This document shows positions 1 to 13,095 of a stretch of 64,000 nt of DNA, in pieces. The notes beneath the pieces are model-generated. The model saw only the letters and a list, made by a program, of their open reading frames with translations. It made no database searches and was not told the origin of the DNA. The position numbers and the translations under genes were made by a program. Within the stretch, counting starts at the first letter, position 1; each line of letters opens with the position of its first letter. The stretch is from Podarcis erhardii (Eukaryota). Where the stretch lies: NCBI GenBank assembly GCA_964252035.1, contig OZ176206.1. The stretch is one strand, 5' to 3'.

Positions 1-3000
1 AGATTTTCTCTTCACCTCTCCTTTGCTTGGTATGCATTATGGCCATCAGCTACTAAATCCTGACTGATGATACAGTAATGGAAATGTAGAGTCGGAATAG
101 ATGGATTTTTAAGGATTCTACATTTTTGGACAGAAATGTGGTGTTGTTGTTACCAAACAACAGATCTTCCTGCTAGGTGGGTGGGTGGGTGTAGCACCAA
201 AGTTTGGTTGAGTATTTTGAGATAGCCTTTCAGTTGTCTGAATCATACACTTTTAAAAGAACCTCACTGCAGTAAGGCAAAGGTAAATGGCCACATTTTA
301 AAATAAATGTGGATTAATTCCCTACATTGCTCATCAACCAAATGGCATGCACTGAGTCCGTGCTCAGAGCAAGACGCCTGGCCCCATGTGCTTGGATGGC
401 AAAGGACTAGCACTGATTAGGTGAAAAGGGCCAAAACATGAATACTACCATGTATCGATCAGGGAGCAATGGCTTTCATTACACCACAATTCCTATTTAA
501 CTTGGTCTGATTCATGAAAGCAAAATAACAACAACAACAAAATATTTCTGGTGTCTCTTTTTCCTCCCCTTTTAATTTGGACCGAATGTCAGCCAAGGGG
601 AAGATGTGTTGCCATGCCTTGGGGAAAACATCTCATCACAGGAGTGCTTCCAAACTCTTAGCACTTTCCATGGTGCCACAGCTGTGCAGTCACAGGTGCC
701 GGTACTGCAGATGCCACAACCATGGAAGTGAGATTAAATGGAACAGACTCCAGGCAGGGAGCCAAGAAGACATCTTATGAGCTTTCTGTTCAGAGACCCT
801 TCGATTTTTAAGACAGAAGGGTCCAATATTAACCTCTAGTCTTAACACAGGACAAAGAATTAGAATGTCAAGTGATCATAACTGAAAGGCAAAGTTTCTT
901 GTGCTCATTTGGGATAGGGAATGTGTCCTATTCTGTAGGTGCATGGTTTAAGTTTATATTTTATATTTGTTTTCTTTTTTTAAAGTCTGTATCTTGTTCC
1001 AGGACTCTGAATAAAACGTAGAATAAAATGCCAAATAAATCACACAGCATCTAAACAAAAGGGAAGGGTGACTGAAATTCGTAATTTGATACCATTTTTG
1101 TGTGCGCTTGCCATTAGATGCTCTGAACCACAGAGGCTCAAGACCTTTTCAGAAGAGATTTCAGAACCAGTCATTTCTCACGTCTGTAAAGAGCTTCACT
1201 GATATAAAAGTGGCTTTCTTCTGCTTCCTCTGTCATATTAACAGTTGTCAAAAAGTGTGCACTTGAGACTAAAAAGTGTTCTTAGTTTCCCTCTAAAAGC
1301 GGCCCCAGATTTTTCTCACCATAAATAAGAAACACTTTTTTATCTTTTCTGCAGCATTTTCAGTGTTCGAAGTGCTTTACAAATCTCATTTCTATGAACA
1401 TATATCATGAGGCCATATAGGCAATGCTTGTTAACTGCTTGAAATGGTACTAGCAAAATAATAGGTATCGTTATGCAGAGCGACTAGCACAAAAAACCAC
1501 ACGGAATATTCTAAGTTCAACTAATTACTGTTCAAAGGATAAAACCACTCAAGTTCCTGCCCAAATCATGCAGACGGTATTATTGCACTGATGCTAACGG
1601 ACATACCCTCTAACCTACTGTGGATCCCAAGTGAGCAGGGGCTCGCACGCCTCACAGAAGGTGCTGTGTTCCACAGAACAAAGTGGGTGACATTCATCAA
1701 TGCACTTCAGCCCCCACCCTCTCCCGTTTCCTCCCTCTCAACAGAAGGCACAGCCATGGTTCACCGAGGCCGGGGAGAAAGCAGAGGAGTTGCATGAGCT
1801 TTGTCCATTTGGCAATTCACGATCACTTTAGAAAAACACTCCAGCAATTCAGCACTGAGCAGCCACTCAGGGAGCATGGTACAGTGCATAAAATGGAGCA
1901 TGCTAGTTAAACTATGCAACTCTTGAGCTGTGCCCTCCATTAAGCGTAATTGCATTATCTGACAAAAAATCAATGTTCAGATGACACTCAAGAGTCCCAA
2001 CAGCTAATCCTGGACTAAATGTGCCTGCGAGTTTCCTTTCCCTGAGAAGTTTTATGCTGTGCCCAAGTCTCTGAATCAGTTCCAAAGGAGCAGAAAACGA
2101 GCCTGTCTGCTTCAGCTGATTTAGTTGCTGGATTTGGATGGAGGGGACAAAGGTTTAAACCCATCCTCACTTATGAGCTGGTCTCCATATTGAATATTTA
2201 GAATGCCTAAAGCCAATATTCCAAGCCTCCACATCAGTAGGCTAGTGGCAAATTCAGAAGTGCAGGGTCCCTTCATGTTGGTCACACTGTACCCACTCAC
2301 AGTCATGCCCCTATGAAGATGATATAGCCTAATATGATAATTATAATAATTAATAATTAGGAATGCATTGCAATGATCAATGCAGATCTCCTTGTGTTGC
2401 TTTTCAGCTAACTCACCATGGTAGTTCCCATTGCTCTGGAAGTCCCGACATAGGGAGAAGCCAGCACCTCTACATCCTGGCATTGCATTCCTCTGACTCT
2501 CAAGACTCCAGTCCAGAAGCTCCAACAGCACTGGAGGCTGGTTCAGTCTGCCCTCAGCCAGCCCCCATTTGCCTTCCTTCTTACTTCCAGCCAGTCCAGA
2601 GAGTTGGCACTGCTTGTCTGCTTCCTCCTCCTCCTCCTCAGTGATTCCCTTGCATAACAGAGGAGGAGCATGGAGACAACAATATAAATGGCTGGTTTTG
2701 TCTGTTGTTGGTCTTGGTTCCATCTACTTTTGGGCTCCCTGCTTTCTACCTGACCACTCCCAAGGGGAACAGCCAATACTAGCAATGTGTCACTGCTCTA
2801 CCCCTAAGGGAGGTCAGCAGGGTAGTTATAAAGGTGGAGGTCCAGGTGCATGACACACAGCTTTCTTCTCTAACAAAAGGGGATCGTTAGGAGGAGGAGC
2901 TGAGGGACACCACCGTCTCCTAGAATATGCCACCCGAGGCAGTCATCTCACTCTGTCCAATGGTGGGATCGGTCCTGGTGCGGACTATGCTATACCATGC

Positions 3001-3140
3001 TGATGCTATATTAACAAAGATTCTTGTGATGCCATAAAAATACCTGGATGCCCAGTTAACTGAATTTTGAAGCTTATGCTTCTGCCTTTTGTACATTAGA
3101 CCAGTGCACATGGACAGAGCACATGGTATGAATCAGGTGA

Positions 3141-3238
3141 GGGAGGAAGAGGGAGAGGGAGAGAGAGAGAGAGGGAGGGAGGGAGGGAGGGAGGGAGAGA
3201 GAGGGAGGGAGGGAGAGAGAGAGAGAGAGAGAGAGAGT
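3141..3238. repeat. Polypurine (GA)n/(GGGA)n simple repeat
   Basis: About 100 bp of almost pure G/A made of GA and GGGA units. Confidence 0.95.
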
Positions 3239-4614
3239 TTTTTATATTAAAAAAAGCATGAAAAGGAAATTGGTCAGGCCAGCTTACTCAAACATGAAAA
3301 CATCACCTAAAGAATTATTATTATTATTATTTTACGAAGGATGTATTAATGAAATTTCAACATGGCCCAACATCAAGGCTTGGCATTGCACTTAAAAATG
3401 TTACGTTTCTGTAATTAGAAACATTTGCTTGGCTAAAATATGTGAAGCTCTTGTCCAAACAGGACAAACTGGAATAGAAAACTATCCAACATAAAATCAA
3501 AACAGTCCCTTTCCTGCCCCCACCCCATCCCAAAAATAGGCCATGAGGCACTCAAACAAAGGTACCAGAACATGCATATATAAGTTGAGTTGAAAGAGAT
3601 GCATGAAGCATGTTGCATAGAATGGGAATGTCAAACATCAGTTGGACTGAGCTTGTTTCCAAAGCCGTCTAATCTACTTTAGATAGTTGCAACAGCCATA
3701 CAACAAAACAACTGTCAATGTCGTACTTCAAAGTGTATCCAGAATAAGGGAAATGGCTCCCAGATCTGTATATACGTGGTTGTTTAAACATTCATATGAT
3801 AATTTAACCACACATTTGTCCTGATTTAGAAGCTGTTTGCATGGTGATTTACAGAGTGTATCCAACTTCTTTGTAATCTTAGCAAGAGTAATTTCACAGA
3901 AAATACGAAATGCATAAATGACTCTTGCGTTAAACACAGTAGTTTGCTACAGTTAAAAGTTTTCACTGACTGATTTAGCATTAAAGATCCTAGAATACAC
4001 TGTTGTAGTTTAGACAGCATCTTAAGCAGAGGATTTCATTATAAGGCAAATGTTTTCTGCAAGTGTGAATACCTTGATTCAAACAATGACAGACTGGTCA
4101 AGCAAGCTCAAAGCTCAAAGATGGCATAGACCAACCACAGAATGTAGTTCTTCATATACCAAATAAAGTTTCCAAAAAGTTGACCTCCAGGGAATTGTTT
4201 TTGAATGTACAGAAGTTGTTCAAAGGTCAAGGGTATTGTATACACTCTGTGGACTTTTCATGGATAACCATGAAAAGGGAATCAGAAAGCATCATGGAAA
4301 TAAACATAAAAGCATTTACACAGATGACACTACAACAAAGTTTGGGTCTCTTTCGTACATCATGTAAATGTAATTAGTGCACAGCAGGAACAGCAGAACA
4401 GAGCCATTCTAAAGTCCAATGAGATCTGCTCAGAGATCGACCCTGGCTACCAATTTGCTACTGAGCTGTGTTCAAGGTGTTACTATTAATATATAAAGGC
4501 ATTAACAGCTTTGGACCAGTTTATATGGGATTGTCTGTGCCCACTTGACTGCTTCAGTCTGTGGAAGTGGCACAATTACAGCTGACACATAATACTTGTT
4601 CTGCACTTGTAAGA

Positions 4615-4872
4615 AATTGGTACTTTTGTGCTGCAACAGCTATACTTTGGAACTCCCTGCCAATCGACATCAGGCAAGCACATTCATTGTTCCCCTCTTG
4701 GTGCCAGCTTAAAGCATCTCTGTTTAGGCAAGCCTATCCAGGCATGTAAAAACTGACATGTGTTTTAGCATCTTTTTAGCTTACTGTTGATTGTAAAGAT
4801 CAGTTGAACATTTTAAAATACCTATTTTGAACTGTTTTGTTATTGACAATTTTAATTGTGTGTTTGATTTTG
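4615..4872 (+). mobile_element. L2 LINE 3' fragment (degraded)
   Basis: Translation ILWNSLPIDIRQAHSLFPSWCQLKASLFRQAY matches the L2 ORF2 C-terminal motif, followed by a T-rich 3' UTR ending TTGTAAACCACTT. Confidence 0.75.
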
Positions 4873-5826
4873 TAAACCACTTATTATTTTTTATCATTTA
4901 TTAAATTTGTACACTGCCCTTCACTGAAAGATCATAGTGCAGTTTACAGCAAAAAAATACAAAATGAGAAACACAAAATACATAGCAAAAGAACAAAAAC
5001 AAACCAATAATTCCCCCCACACGAACACATTGAAAAGGCCATAGAATGTTAATCTGCCAAAGGCCTGATTATAGAGAAATGTTTTCATCTGGCACCTAAA
5101 GATATGTAATGAAGGCACCAGGTGAGCCTCCCTAGAGAGAGCATTTCACAAACAGGGAGCCACTACAGAAAAGGCCTCTTCTCATGTTGCCACTCTCCAG
5201 ACCTCTCATGGAGGGGGCACATGAAGAAGGGCCTTAGACGATGATGGCAGGATCTAGGTCAGTTCATATTGTGTGAGACAGTTCTTGATGATCCTGAGCT
5301 GTTTAAGGCTTCATAGGTCAAAACCAGAACTTTGAATTTGGCCCGAAATTTGCAGCCAGTGCAGTTGGGCCAGGATCAGTTAATATGCCCCTGTGAGCAA
5401 CCTGGCCACTGAATTCTGCACCAGATGAGGTTTCTGAATTACCTTCAGAGGCAGCCCCACATATAATGTATTGCAATAATCTAACCAAGAGGTTACCAGA
5501 GCACAGATGACAGAAGCTAGGCTATTCCTGTCCAGATAGGGGTGCAGCTGGGCCAACAACCAAAGCTAATGGAAGGCACTCCATACCACCAAGGCCACCT
5601 GAGCCTCAAGCGACAGCAACTGATCCAGAAGTACCCCCAAGCTATATACCCACACCTTCAGAGGTAGTGTAACCCCATCAAAAGCAGGCAAACTCCCATC
5701 TATCTGGTATAGGGAACTACTCTCAATCAGTGCCTCAGTTTTTACTGGAGTAAGCTCCAGTTTGTTGGCTCTCATCCAGTCCATTACTGAGGCAAGACCA
5801 TGGTCCAGCCCTTCCACTGCCACACC
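4873..5826 (-). mobile_element. L2 LINE 3' fragment with RT C-terminus
   Basis: Minus ORF LASVMDWMRANKLELTPVKTE...LGVLLDQLLSLEAQVALVVWSAFH and FRCQMKTFLYNQAF are typical L2 ORF2 segments. The A/T-rich tail is at ~4875-4910. Confidence 0.85.
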
Positions 5827-6065
5827 TGCAGATGTAAAGGAAAACTGACCGAGGTTTCACTACAATCAAGTGGTATATGAATTTTGTTTAATAAATAAAG
5901 GTAGGTTCTAGTCAGCTGCATGTACTTATATTGTCATGCTTGAAAGCCAGAGTCTCAATAGCAACTCAGATCTAGCTTTTTTTAATGTTAGTGGTAGCTT
6001 ATTTCTGAATTAATCTTAACTTTCCCATGGTGTGTTGTGTTCTCTGATTTACAGGATCCTACATA

Positions 6066-6424
6066 GGGACATGGGTGGCGCTGTGGGTTAAACCACAGAG
6101 CCTAGGACTTGCTGATCAGAAGGTTGGCAGTTCGAATCCCCGCGATGGGGTGAGCTCCCATTGCTCGGTCCCAGCTCCTGCCAACCTAGCAGTTTGAAAG
6201 CACGTCAAAGTGCAAGTAGATAAATAAGTACCACTCCAGCGGGAAGGGAAATGGCGTTTCCGTGAGCTGCTCTGGTTCGCTAGAAGCTGCTTAGTCATGC
6301 TGGCCACATGACCCAGAAGCTGTACGCCGGCTCCCTTGGCCAATAAAGCGGGATGAGCACCGCAACCCCAGAGTCGGCCACGACTGGACCTAATGGTCAG
6401 GGGTCCCTTTACCTTTACCTTTTT
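6066..6424 (+). mobile_element. Sauria SINE (Squam1), full length
   Basis: tRNA-like head GGGACATGGGTGGCGCTGTGG...GTTCGAATCC, BovB-like 3' part GAGTCGGCCACGACT and (ACCTTT)n tail. Flanking TACATA at 6060-6065 and 6425-6430. Confidence 0.93.
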
Positions 6425-7959
6425 TACATAGGTAAGATTTTCTTGCTAGGCAAACTATGCAAAAGCCAAACCAGCATTTGCAACTCTACTGCCACCATTA
6501 CAAGTTCCCCAGCCTAAATACATACTTAAAATATAGTATGTCCTAGGCAGCACATACCCACAGCTAAGCATTTCCCAGGAGGTCATCATAGTGAAAGTTG
6601 CCTGCAATTTGCTTCCAGTTAATGCGAGTCTGCAGCTGCTTATGTGATCAGAACTATGTGTGAACTGGGCCCACAGAAGGACCTTTTATCTACACTGAGT
6701 CCTCACTTGCAGAAGAAACACAAAATGTTAATGTACAAAAGCAATGGAGTTAAAGTCTGTGTTAGCTACATATGTTTATTTCAGCTGATGTCAACAAGTA
6801 TTGTTAGATTTGGGATAGAAGCCCAGCATGAAGGCTGGCACAATCAAAATGATAAATTTCTGATTGCTTTACATGTATTTTGAATAAGATTCTAGAAATT
6901 ATTATCATGGTTTCCTCTTTCATTTTACTTGTCATTAATAGAGACACTTGCTTTATGCTTCGAGACAAATGCATGCTTTCAGTATAAAATCAAGTTCATA
7001 CCAAAGGGAATCACAATCTAGACATGATAACTGGATGTTTATGATTTGTTTCATCAACAAAGAAATTTCACTCTCCCCCCACCCCCAGGTCTGTAGTATT
7101 ATTACCAGGGCATGGCAGCTGCAAAGTGCAACTGACTTCATTTTGCATGCCCTATGAAATGCCAAACAAGTGAATAGACAACAAAATGGTGCTGAACAGG
7201 ATTTTAATGCTTTCCTTCACTATAATACTGTCACTCATTCATAGCATTGACACTGCTGTGTTTCTTTAAGGGTAGTATGAAGCATCAACTTATTGATCTC
7301 AAGATAAAATATTTGCAAATGCATTTGAACTTGATGAGGTCCTAGTCAACATTCCACTACTAACCTAAAATACAGCAAACAAAAATAAACTTTCCCATAT
7401 TATAGAGCCTGTCAGTTCTGCAACTAAGCAATGGTAACCTCAAGGATGCATTCATGCAGAGATGCATTCACACTTGTAAGCGCAATATTTTTATTTTTAT
7501 TTTACAATTGCAGTATTACTTCTTATTTTAAACTGCCATGATCAAGGGAAATTATCAGCTTCACCACCACCACTGCCACTGGGGTGAAGAAAAAGCTTTG
7601 TCTGCAAGAAGTCCACAGGCATTCATACAAGGTACCATGTGAGTACAAGTGGACACAAAATGGACTTCAAAAACTGGCCCATAATATATGAAAGCAAAGG
7701 CATATCATGCCATAACCACAATAAGCATGCTGAAGAAAGCAAACCAACAATATTAGACACTTCAAAGACAGCTGCATTCTGACATAACGCTAAACCATAC
7801 ATTAGCGCTATAGGATTTCGCCTGGGTGAGCCATGGTGGTGTTTTCCCCTCCCACTTTGCTTCTCTGGTGTGGCTTCAAGAAAAAGACTGGATGTTTTCA
7901 TTTCCATTGGCAACTAACCAGAGTTACTAGTTTCTTCCAAACTTAGAACTGAGGTTAGC

Positions 7960-8240
7960 CCCTGAACCGAGCCACCTGCTTGGCAAGTCCCCCCGCGCTG
8001 CGCTAAACCGGCACGGCACGGTGCGGGGACTCGCTTCCGCAGTGCTGGAAATTGCATCTGCACAGGCACCGGAAATCACATCTGTGCAGACACAGACGCC
8101 AGAAATCGTGCCTGCGTAAATGCAGGCGCCAGAAATCGCGGGCGCTCGTGCTCACACACACACGCGATCCAGCCCACAGAGGGATCTCTGCTGGAGTGAA
8201 CCGGCCCAGGTGAGGAAAACCTTGCCGACTCCTGCTTTAC
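7960..8240. mobile_element. GC-rich DNA-transposon remnant with degenerate ~30-bp tandem units
   Basis: Four imperfect units resembling GCCGGAAATCGCGTCTGCGCA at ~8043-8140. Family assignment (hAT-like subterminal repeats) is inference. Confidence 0.4.
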
Positions 8241-9359
8241 AGAAATGAGCCATGGATTGTGAGCCATGGTTTGAAGTTGTCTTGTTTCATTAATCCATAG
8301 TTAAAACTAACCACAATTTGCCTGGTTTCAAACATGAGTAACCTATCTCCTCCTTACACTTTTGGTCTCTTCTTTGTGTCTGAAGGAATGGTGGGGAACA
8401 CATAAGGCTCATTCACACAAGACCTTAAGGCTCAAGCCACAGGTTAGCATTAATTGTGAACCAGGCAGTGCTTGAAACTCCCATTATTCTAGGTGCATTT
8501 TGCGACAGGGAATTTCATTAGTGTAAGCAGTTTCTGAGCTCTGGGTGCAGTACTGCACCTAAGATTTCAGATTAAAACTGCAGAGTGGAAGGAAAGGCAG
8601 ACCTTTTTCTGCCTCCCCACTTCCAGCTACTCTCTGAAGACTGGAGAAGAGACCATCTTAAGAATATTTGGGGGGGCAGGGGAAGGATTAGACCATGTGG
8701 AAAATGAACGTAATATTTTAGCTGCAGTTCATTCATTTTCAGGTTTGTATTCTTGTTATAAAAAAGCATGCCTAGATATTCCATTGTTGTGCCCATAACC
8801 TAGGTGTAAGCTGCCATTTAGCTCCTAGCTTTCATATCTCAGTTTCTAACACTGGAACCAGAGAAACTGGTTTCTGAGAAGAATACTCTTTCCCAGTCCC
8901 GGTTACACCAAGGACCGCTCCCTGAGAATGAAATGGAAGTGGATGAAGAGTCTCATCAGGTGTTGCCTAATTCCCATTAAACTCTTTCCCACATACCTCA
9001 TGTTAACAGAACACACCAGTGTATTTAGCTACTGCCATGTTCCAACTTCAATGAGCCAGGAAAGTTGGGCAGAATTTTACCACAAGAAGACAATGCTAAT
9101 TAAGACAATGCACTTCTTTCAATGAGGTTGTGCACCACTGCTCACATGACACCAGCTGTAGTAAACACCTGTGTACACCACAGATACAGTTGTCACTTCT
9201 CAGGTTCACCACTTGTGTGAATTGCACACTAATATGCATTTTACTAAGTGCAGACAAACTGAGAAGCTGTATATCACCACATGTTGCCAACACACATAGA
9301 TACAGTAAAACAGAAGCAGGTGCACACACTATTAGTAGTAGTAAGCATTATTAATTGCA

Positions 9360-9830
9360 CTTATTAATTGCTTTTTTTTAAAAAAGTCTCAAAGCAATTG
9401 ACAACTATGTAAAATACAGCTAAATCGGTAAAAAAACAGATAAGAGGAACAGAAGACAATAAACAAAATTCCTGAAGTATTCATCCAGTAATACTGTAAG
9501 AAAGACAAATCCTACCACCCTGCCCACTGAAAGATGAGCAACACAGCAGAGGCCAGAATCATACAAAGGTATGGTTCACTTCACCTTGTACTTAAGTAGG
9601 TAAGCATGTCATGTGTGAATATGTCCTTAAATTCCATTCTAAAAGAATTTCTTCTCATCTCAGGCTCAAAGCACATTCCACAAACCTCTTTTGATATGGA
9701 GAGGCGAGAGGCAAAAACATATGCTGTGTCTGTTTCAATGGATATTGGTTCACTCAGAAAACACATTCTTAGCTTCCTCAGAGCCATAGATTCAATTTTA
9801 ATGGATTTTAGGTTAGGCGCAGTGGTGTTC
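9360..9830 (-). mobile_element. Old L2 LINE 3' fragment
   Basis: Minus frame EMRRNSFRMEFKDIFTH resembles a decayed L2 C-terminal motif, with an L2-like 3' end near 9360-9400. Confidence 0.4.
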
Positions 9831-9835
9831 AAACT

Positions 9836-9995
9836 TTTTTCAAAGAGGGCCAGATTTAATGAAGTGAAGGGCCAAGAGGGCCGACCAAAGTTGTTGAGCT
9901 CTTTTTAGGATTGAGGTTGTCAAGGTTTTGGGGGGATTTTACCCCAGGAAATAAATTGCCGCAGGTGCCAGATTAAAGCAACCAGCAGACCTAGT
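9836..9995. mobile_element. hAT/Charlie-like non-autonomous fragment
   Basis: Begins CAGTGGTGTTCAAACTTTTTTCAAAGAGGGCCAGATT, a hAT-type terminus. No clear second TIR. Confidence 0.45.
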
Positions 9996-10115
9996 CTAGG
10001 GGGATCTTACTTAGGTGAAAGGCTTGGGGGTGACCTTGAGAGCAATGGCTAGTCTACGCAAACAGCAGTGGATTAGATGAGCTACTTCTCTGACGGTATA
10101 ATGCAAATTCAACTA

Positions 10116-10341
10116 CAGTAGTACCTCGAGTTACATACGCTTCAGGTTACATACTCCGCTAACCCAGAAATATTACATCGGGTTAAGAACTTTGCTTCAG
10201 GATAAGAACAGAAATCGTGCTCCAGAGGCGCAGCGGCAGTGGGAGGCCCCATTAGCTAAAGTGGTGCTTCAGGTTAAGAACAGTTTCAGGTTAAGAACGG
10301 ACCTCCGGAACGAATTAAGTACTTAACCCGAGGTACCACTG
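10116..10341 (+). mobile_element. 226-bp Tigger/pogo-type MITE, copy 1
   Basis: TA-CAGTAGTACCTCGAGTTA...TAACCCGAGGTACCACTG-TA: ~20-bp TIRs and TA target duplication. Homologous to 12870 and 35470. Confidence 0.92.
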
Positions 10342-10832
10342 TACTAGTTAATATCCAACTAAGTCATACTCAGAGTAAGCCCATTGATTTCACTGGGTTC
10401 AATCAGACTAGAACTTATTTCACTATCTCCTTACATCTCGAAGCAGAAACTTTTCTGAACTTGACTACATATAGGTAAATCATATACATACTTATGATGA
10501 CCTAGATATTTCAAAATTCTCTATATAGCAATATTTCTAGGAACAATACTGTCAAGCATGATGTTTCATTAGCTATTAGACCTATTATGCTATTATTAAA
10601 GTCCCAGCAATATTTCAGTGTCATAACTCTGCTTGCTTCTAAAGGGAAACTTAACACCTATAACTTTCAGAACGCAAAAAGGTACCACAGTCCTACGGCA
10701 TATTTATGATACAGAACGGATCCATTAAATTAGGGGTGTTTTGTTAGGTTTTAATTTTAAGAACTGCATTGCCAATTTAAAATTATCCAGTGGGCTTCAC
10801 CCCTAAACACAGATCTGCATATTAGGGGTCCT

Positions 10833-10908
10833 TAGAGAGATAGAGAGATAGAGAGATAGAGAGATAGAGAGATAGAGAGATAGAGAGATAGAGAGATAGA
10901 GAGATAGA
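10833..10908. repeat. (TAGAGAGA)n octanucleotide tandem repeat
   Basis: About nine perfect 8-bp units. Confidence 0.95.
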
Positions 10909-12869
10909 TAGCCTGGCTGACATGGATCACAGAGACTCGGCTGCTCTCTTTCAAAATGGGAACAAAACCAAGTAAGCTGCCAGATAGAAATGGAATCTCT
11001 CTCTTTATCCAAAAAAACACAAAGTAGCACAAAGTCCTGTCTCCCGCTCACCCCAACCTCCAGAAATGGCTGACATTTTCAAATCAGATGGAAACTGGTT
11101 TGAGAAGAAACACAGCAAGCAGCAGTTTTTCTCAATAAACTACTGGATACAGGATGAATTGTGGTGAACATTAAGGGTACACAAACTTCAAATACCACTA
11201 GTGAGAGTGCACTGGAGCCACAGTACATGGCAATGTGTACACAGCCCTAATCTACAAAGCCTCATAACGCCACAACCCCCTCACATGTTCTTCTAACCTG
11301 GAGTCAACTGCACCTTGTGCTAATCAGATTCCTACATCTCCAGAACTTCAAACCTGGTTTCAAATTCCAGTTACAAGACCATTTCTGGTTAGTGCTAACC
11401 ATGTTCACCTGTTCTAACCACAGCTGGCAGATTGGGAACAATATATTATTAAATGGACCCTAAAAGGGAAAAAGTTGCAACTTGTTCAGATTCTAAACCC
11501 AGACAACAGGTGTTTTTTTCAACTGTCTTAAAAAAAAAACACCTTTTGGTTTTAGCAGTGCACTGCCTAAAGCTGGATCCAAACAGACACTACCTCTGCC
11601 TCCAGTTTCATAAGTCTTGCCACATCATTCAGACACCGGTTCCTGTCTTCATCTTTCCTCCCACTGCTACCACAGTGCCACCATAGGCAAGTTACTTCAC
11701 CCTAATAAAATGCAAATGGGTCCTAGTATTTTGGTAAAGGAAATAAGTATCTCATTACAGTTTTTGCTTCCACCAGTATCTCAGAGAACAGAAATGTCTG
11801 AGATGGGGAGAGGGACACACACACACCCTGACTGCCTCTTAAATGTATCCAAGATTTGGGTGAAAGGTTGCATAAAGCTAAGAAATTTCCCCATGACAAT
11901 GTATGTGAGGGGAAAAAGTTAAATTCCAAGGGAACGCAATGAAATCAACTACAGTAAGCCCTAAAGAAGAGGGGGGGATAGCTTTAATTTTGCAACCGGT
12001 GAATCTACATTATTTTACTTATTTGAAACATTTATACACTGCTTCTCAGCTACAACCTGCCAAACTCATCATTTAGCAAGAAGTGCCTGTTTCCAGCTCT
12101 GACTAGTTTGCCAGTCACAGCCATTCCCCGAAACCTCGCATCTTGATTCCTGTAATGAGCTCTGTATTGAGGCTTCTGGAAATGGCAGCAGGTGCAGAAT
12201 GGTGATCCTAGAGTGCTAGCAGGTGCTTATGCACTAAGCCATGTAACACCCATTCTGCACAACTTGTACTGGCTGACTTATAGGTTACCTGGCCCAATTC
12301 GAGGCCTATGTTTTTGATGGAGGTGCAGCAGCAGGGATCATTCTGCTTGTAACTTAAATGTTAATTCTGTTAAGATTCAAGTCAACTAGCCCAGAGCAAT
12401 GGCAGCACCAGAAAAAAATTAATTGGTGGGGTCACCGTATGGGCAAAGTATATTGCTAGGTGGGCAAGATGTGTCCTACATATTAAGTTCTCTGAAATAA
12501 TAACAACAACATATGTTAATTACTAACCTCCAGCAAGGGGGGGCAAGGGCAGAATTCCATGTTTGTGGGGGGCTTGCCCACCATCCCATTTCTGGTGTCA
12601 CCCATGGTCAAGAGTGAAATGCTGCTTAGCAACCAATCATGATCAGGCAGCTCATGCTCTGAATGGCTGTGTAGTTCTGAGGGAGTTTTTCCTCTGTGTG
12701 TTTGCCTGAATGTTTCTCCTGCTATGTACAAAATTTGAAGTATAAAAGGGAGAACCTCTCTGTCCATTGCTCCTCACAGTTTACACAGTGTTTTGTTCAG
12801 TTTTCTCAATAAAGTGTTATTAGGATTTCTCACTGGACTCAGGTACTTGTCAGAGTGCCTTTGCATATA

Positions 12870-13095
12870 CAGTGGTACCTCGGGTTACAGACGCTTCAGG
12901 TTACAGACTCCGCTAACCCAGAAATATTACCTCAAGTTAAGAACTTTGCTTCAGGATGAGAACAGAAATCATGCGGTGGTGGTGCGGCGGCAGCGGAAGG
13001 CCCCATTAGCTAAAGTGGTGTCTCAGGTTAAGAACAGTTTCAGGTTAAGAACAGACCTCCAGAACGAATTAAGTTCTTAACCCGACGTACCACTG
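12870..13095 (+). mobile_element. 226-bp Tigger/pogo-type MITE, copy 2
   Basis: TA-CAGTGGTACCTCGGGTTA...TAACCCGACGTACCACTG-TA. Confidence 0.93.

Noticed and set aside
2121-2853. 200-aa minus ORF and overlapping short ORFs
   Set aside because: No recognisable motif. It spans simple repeats (TAA, CCT) and probable decayed transposon sequence, with no splice framework.
6066-6145. tRNA-like sequences here and at 33123, 50463, 54850 and 57657
   Set aside because: These are SINE heads continuing into SINE bodies, without an intact cloverleaf.
9606-9908. 100-aa plus ORF that looks protein-like
   Set aside because: It is the antisense of a decayed L2-like end and runs into a hAT-like terminus.
10833-10908. 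Regular tandem arrays as CRISPR-like repeats
   Set aside because: Simple microsatellites without unique spacers, in eukaryotic DNA.
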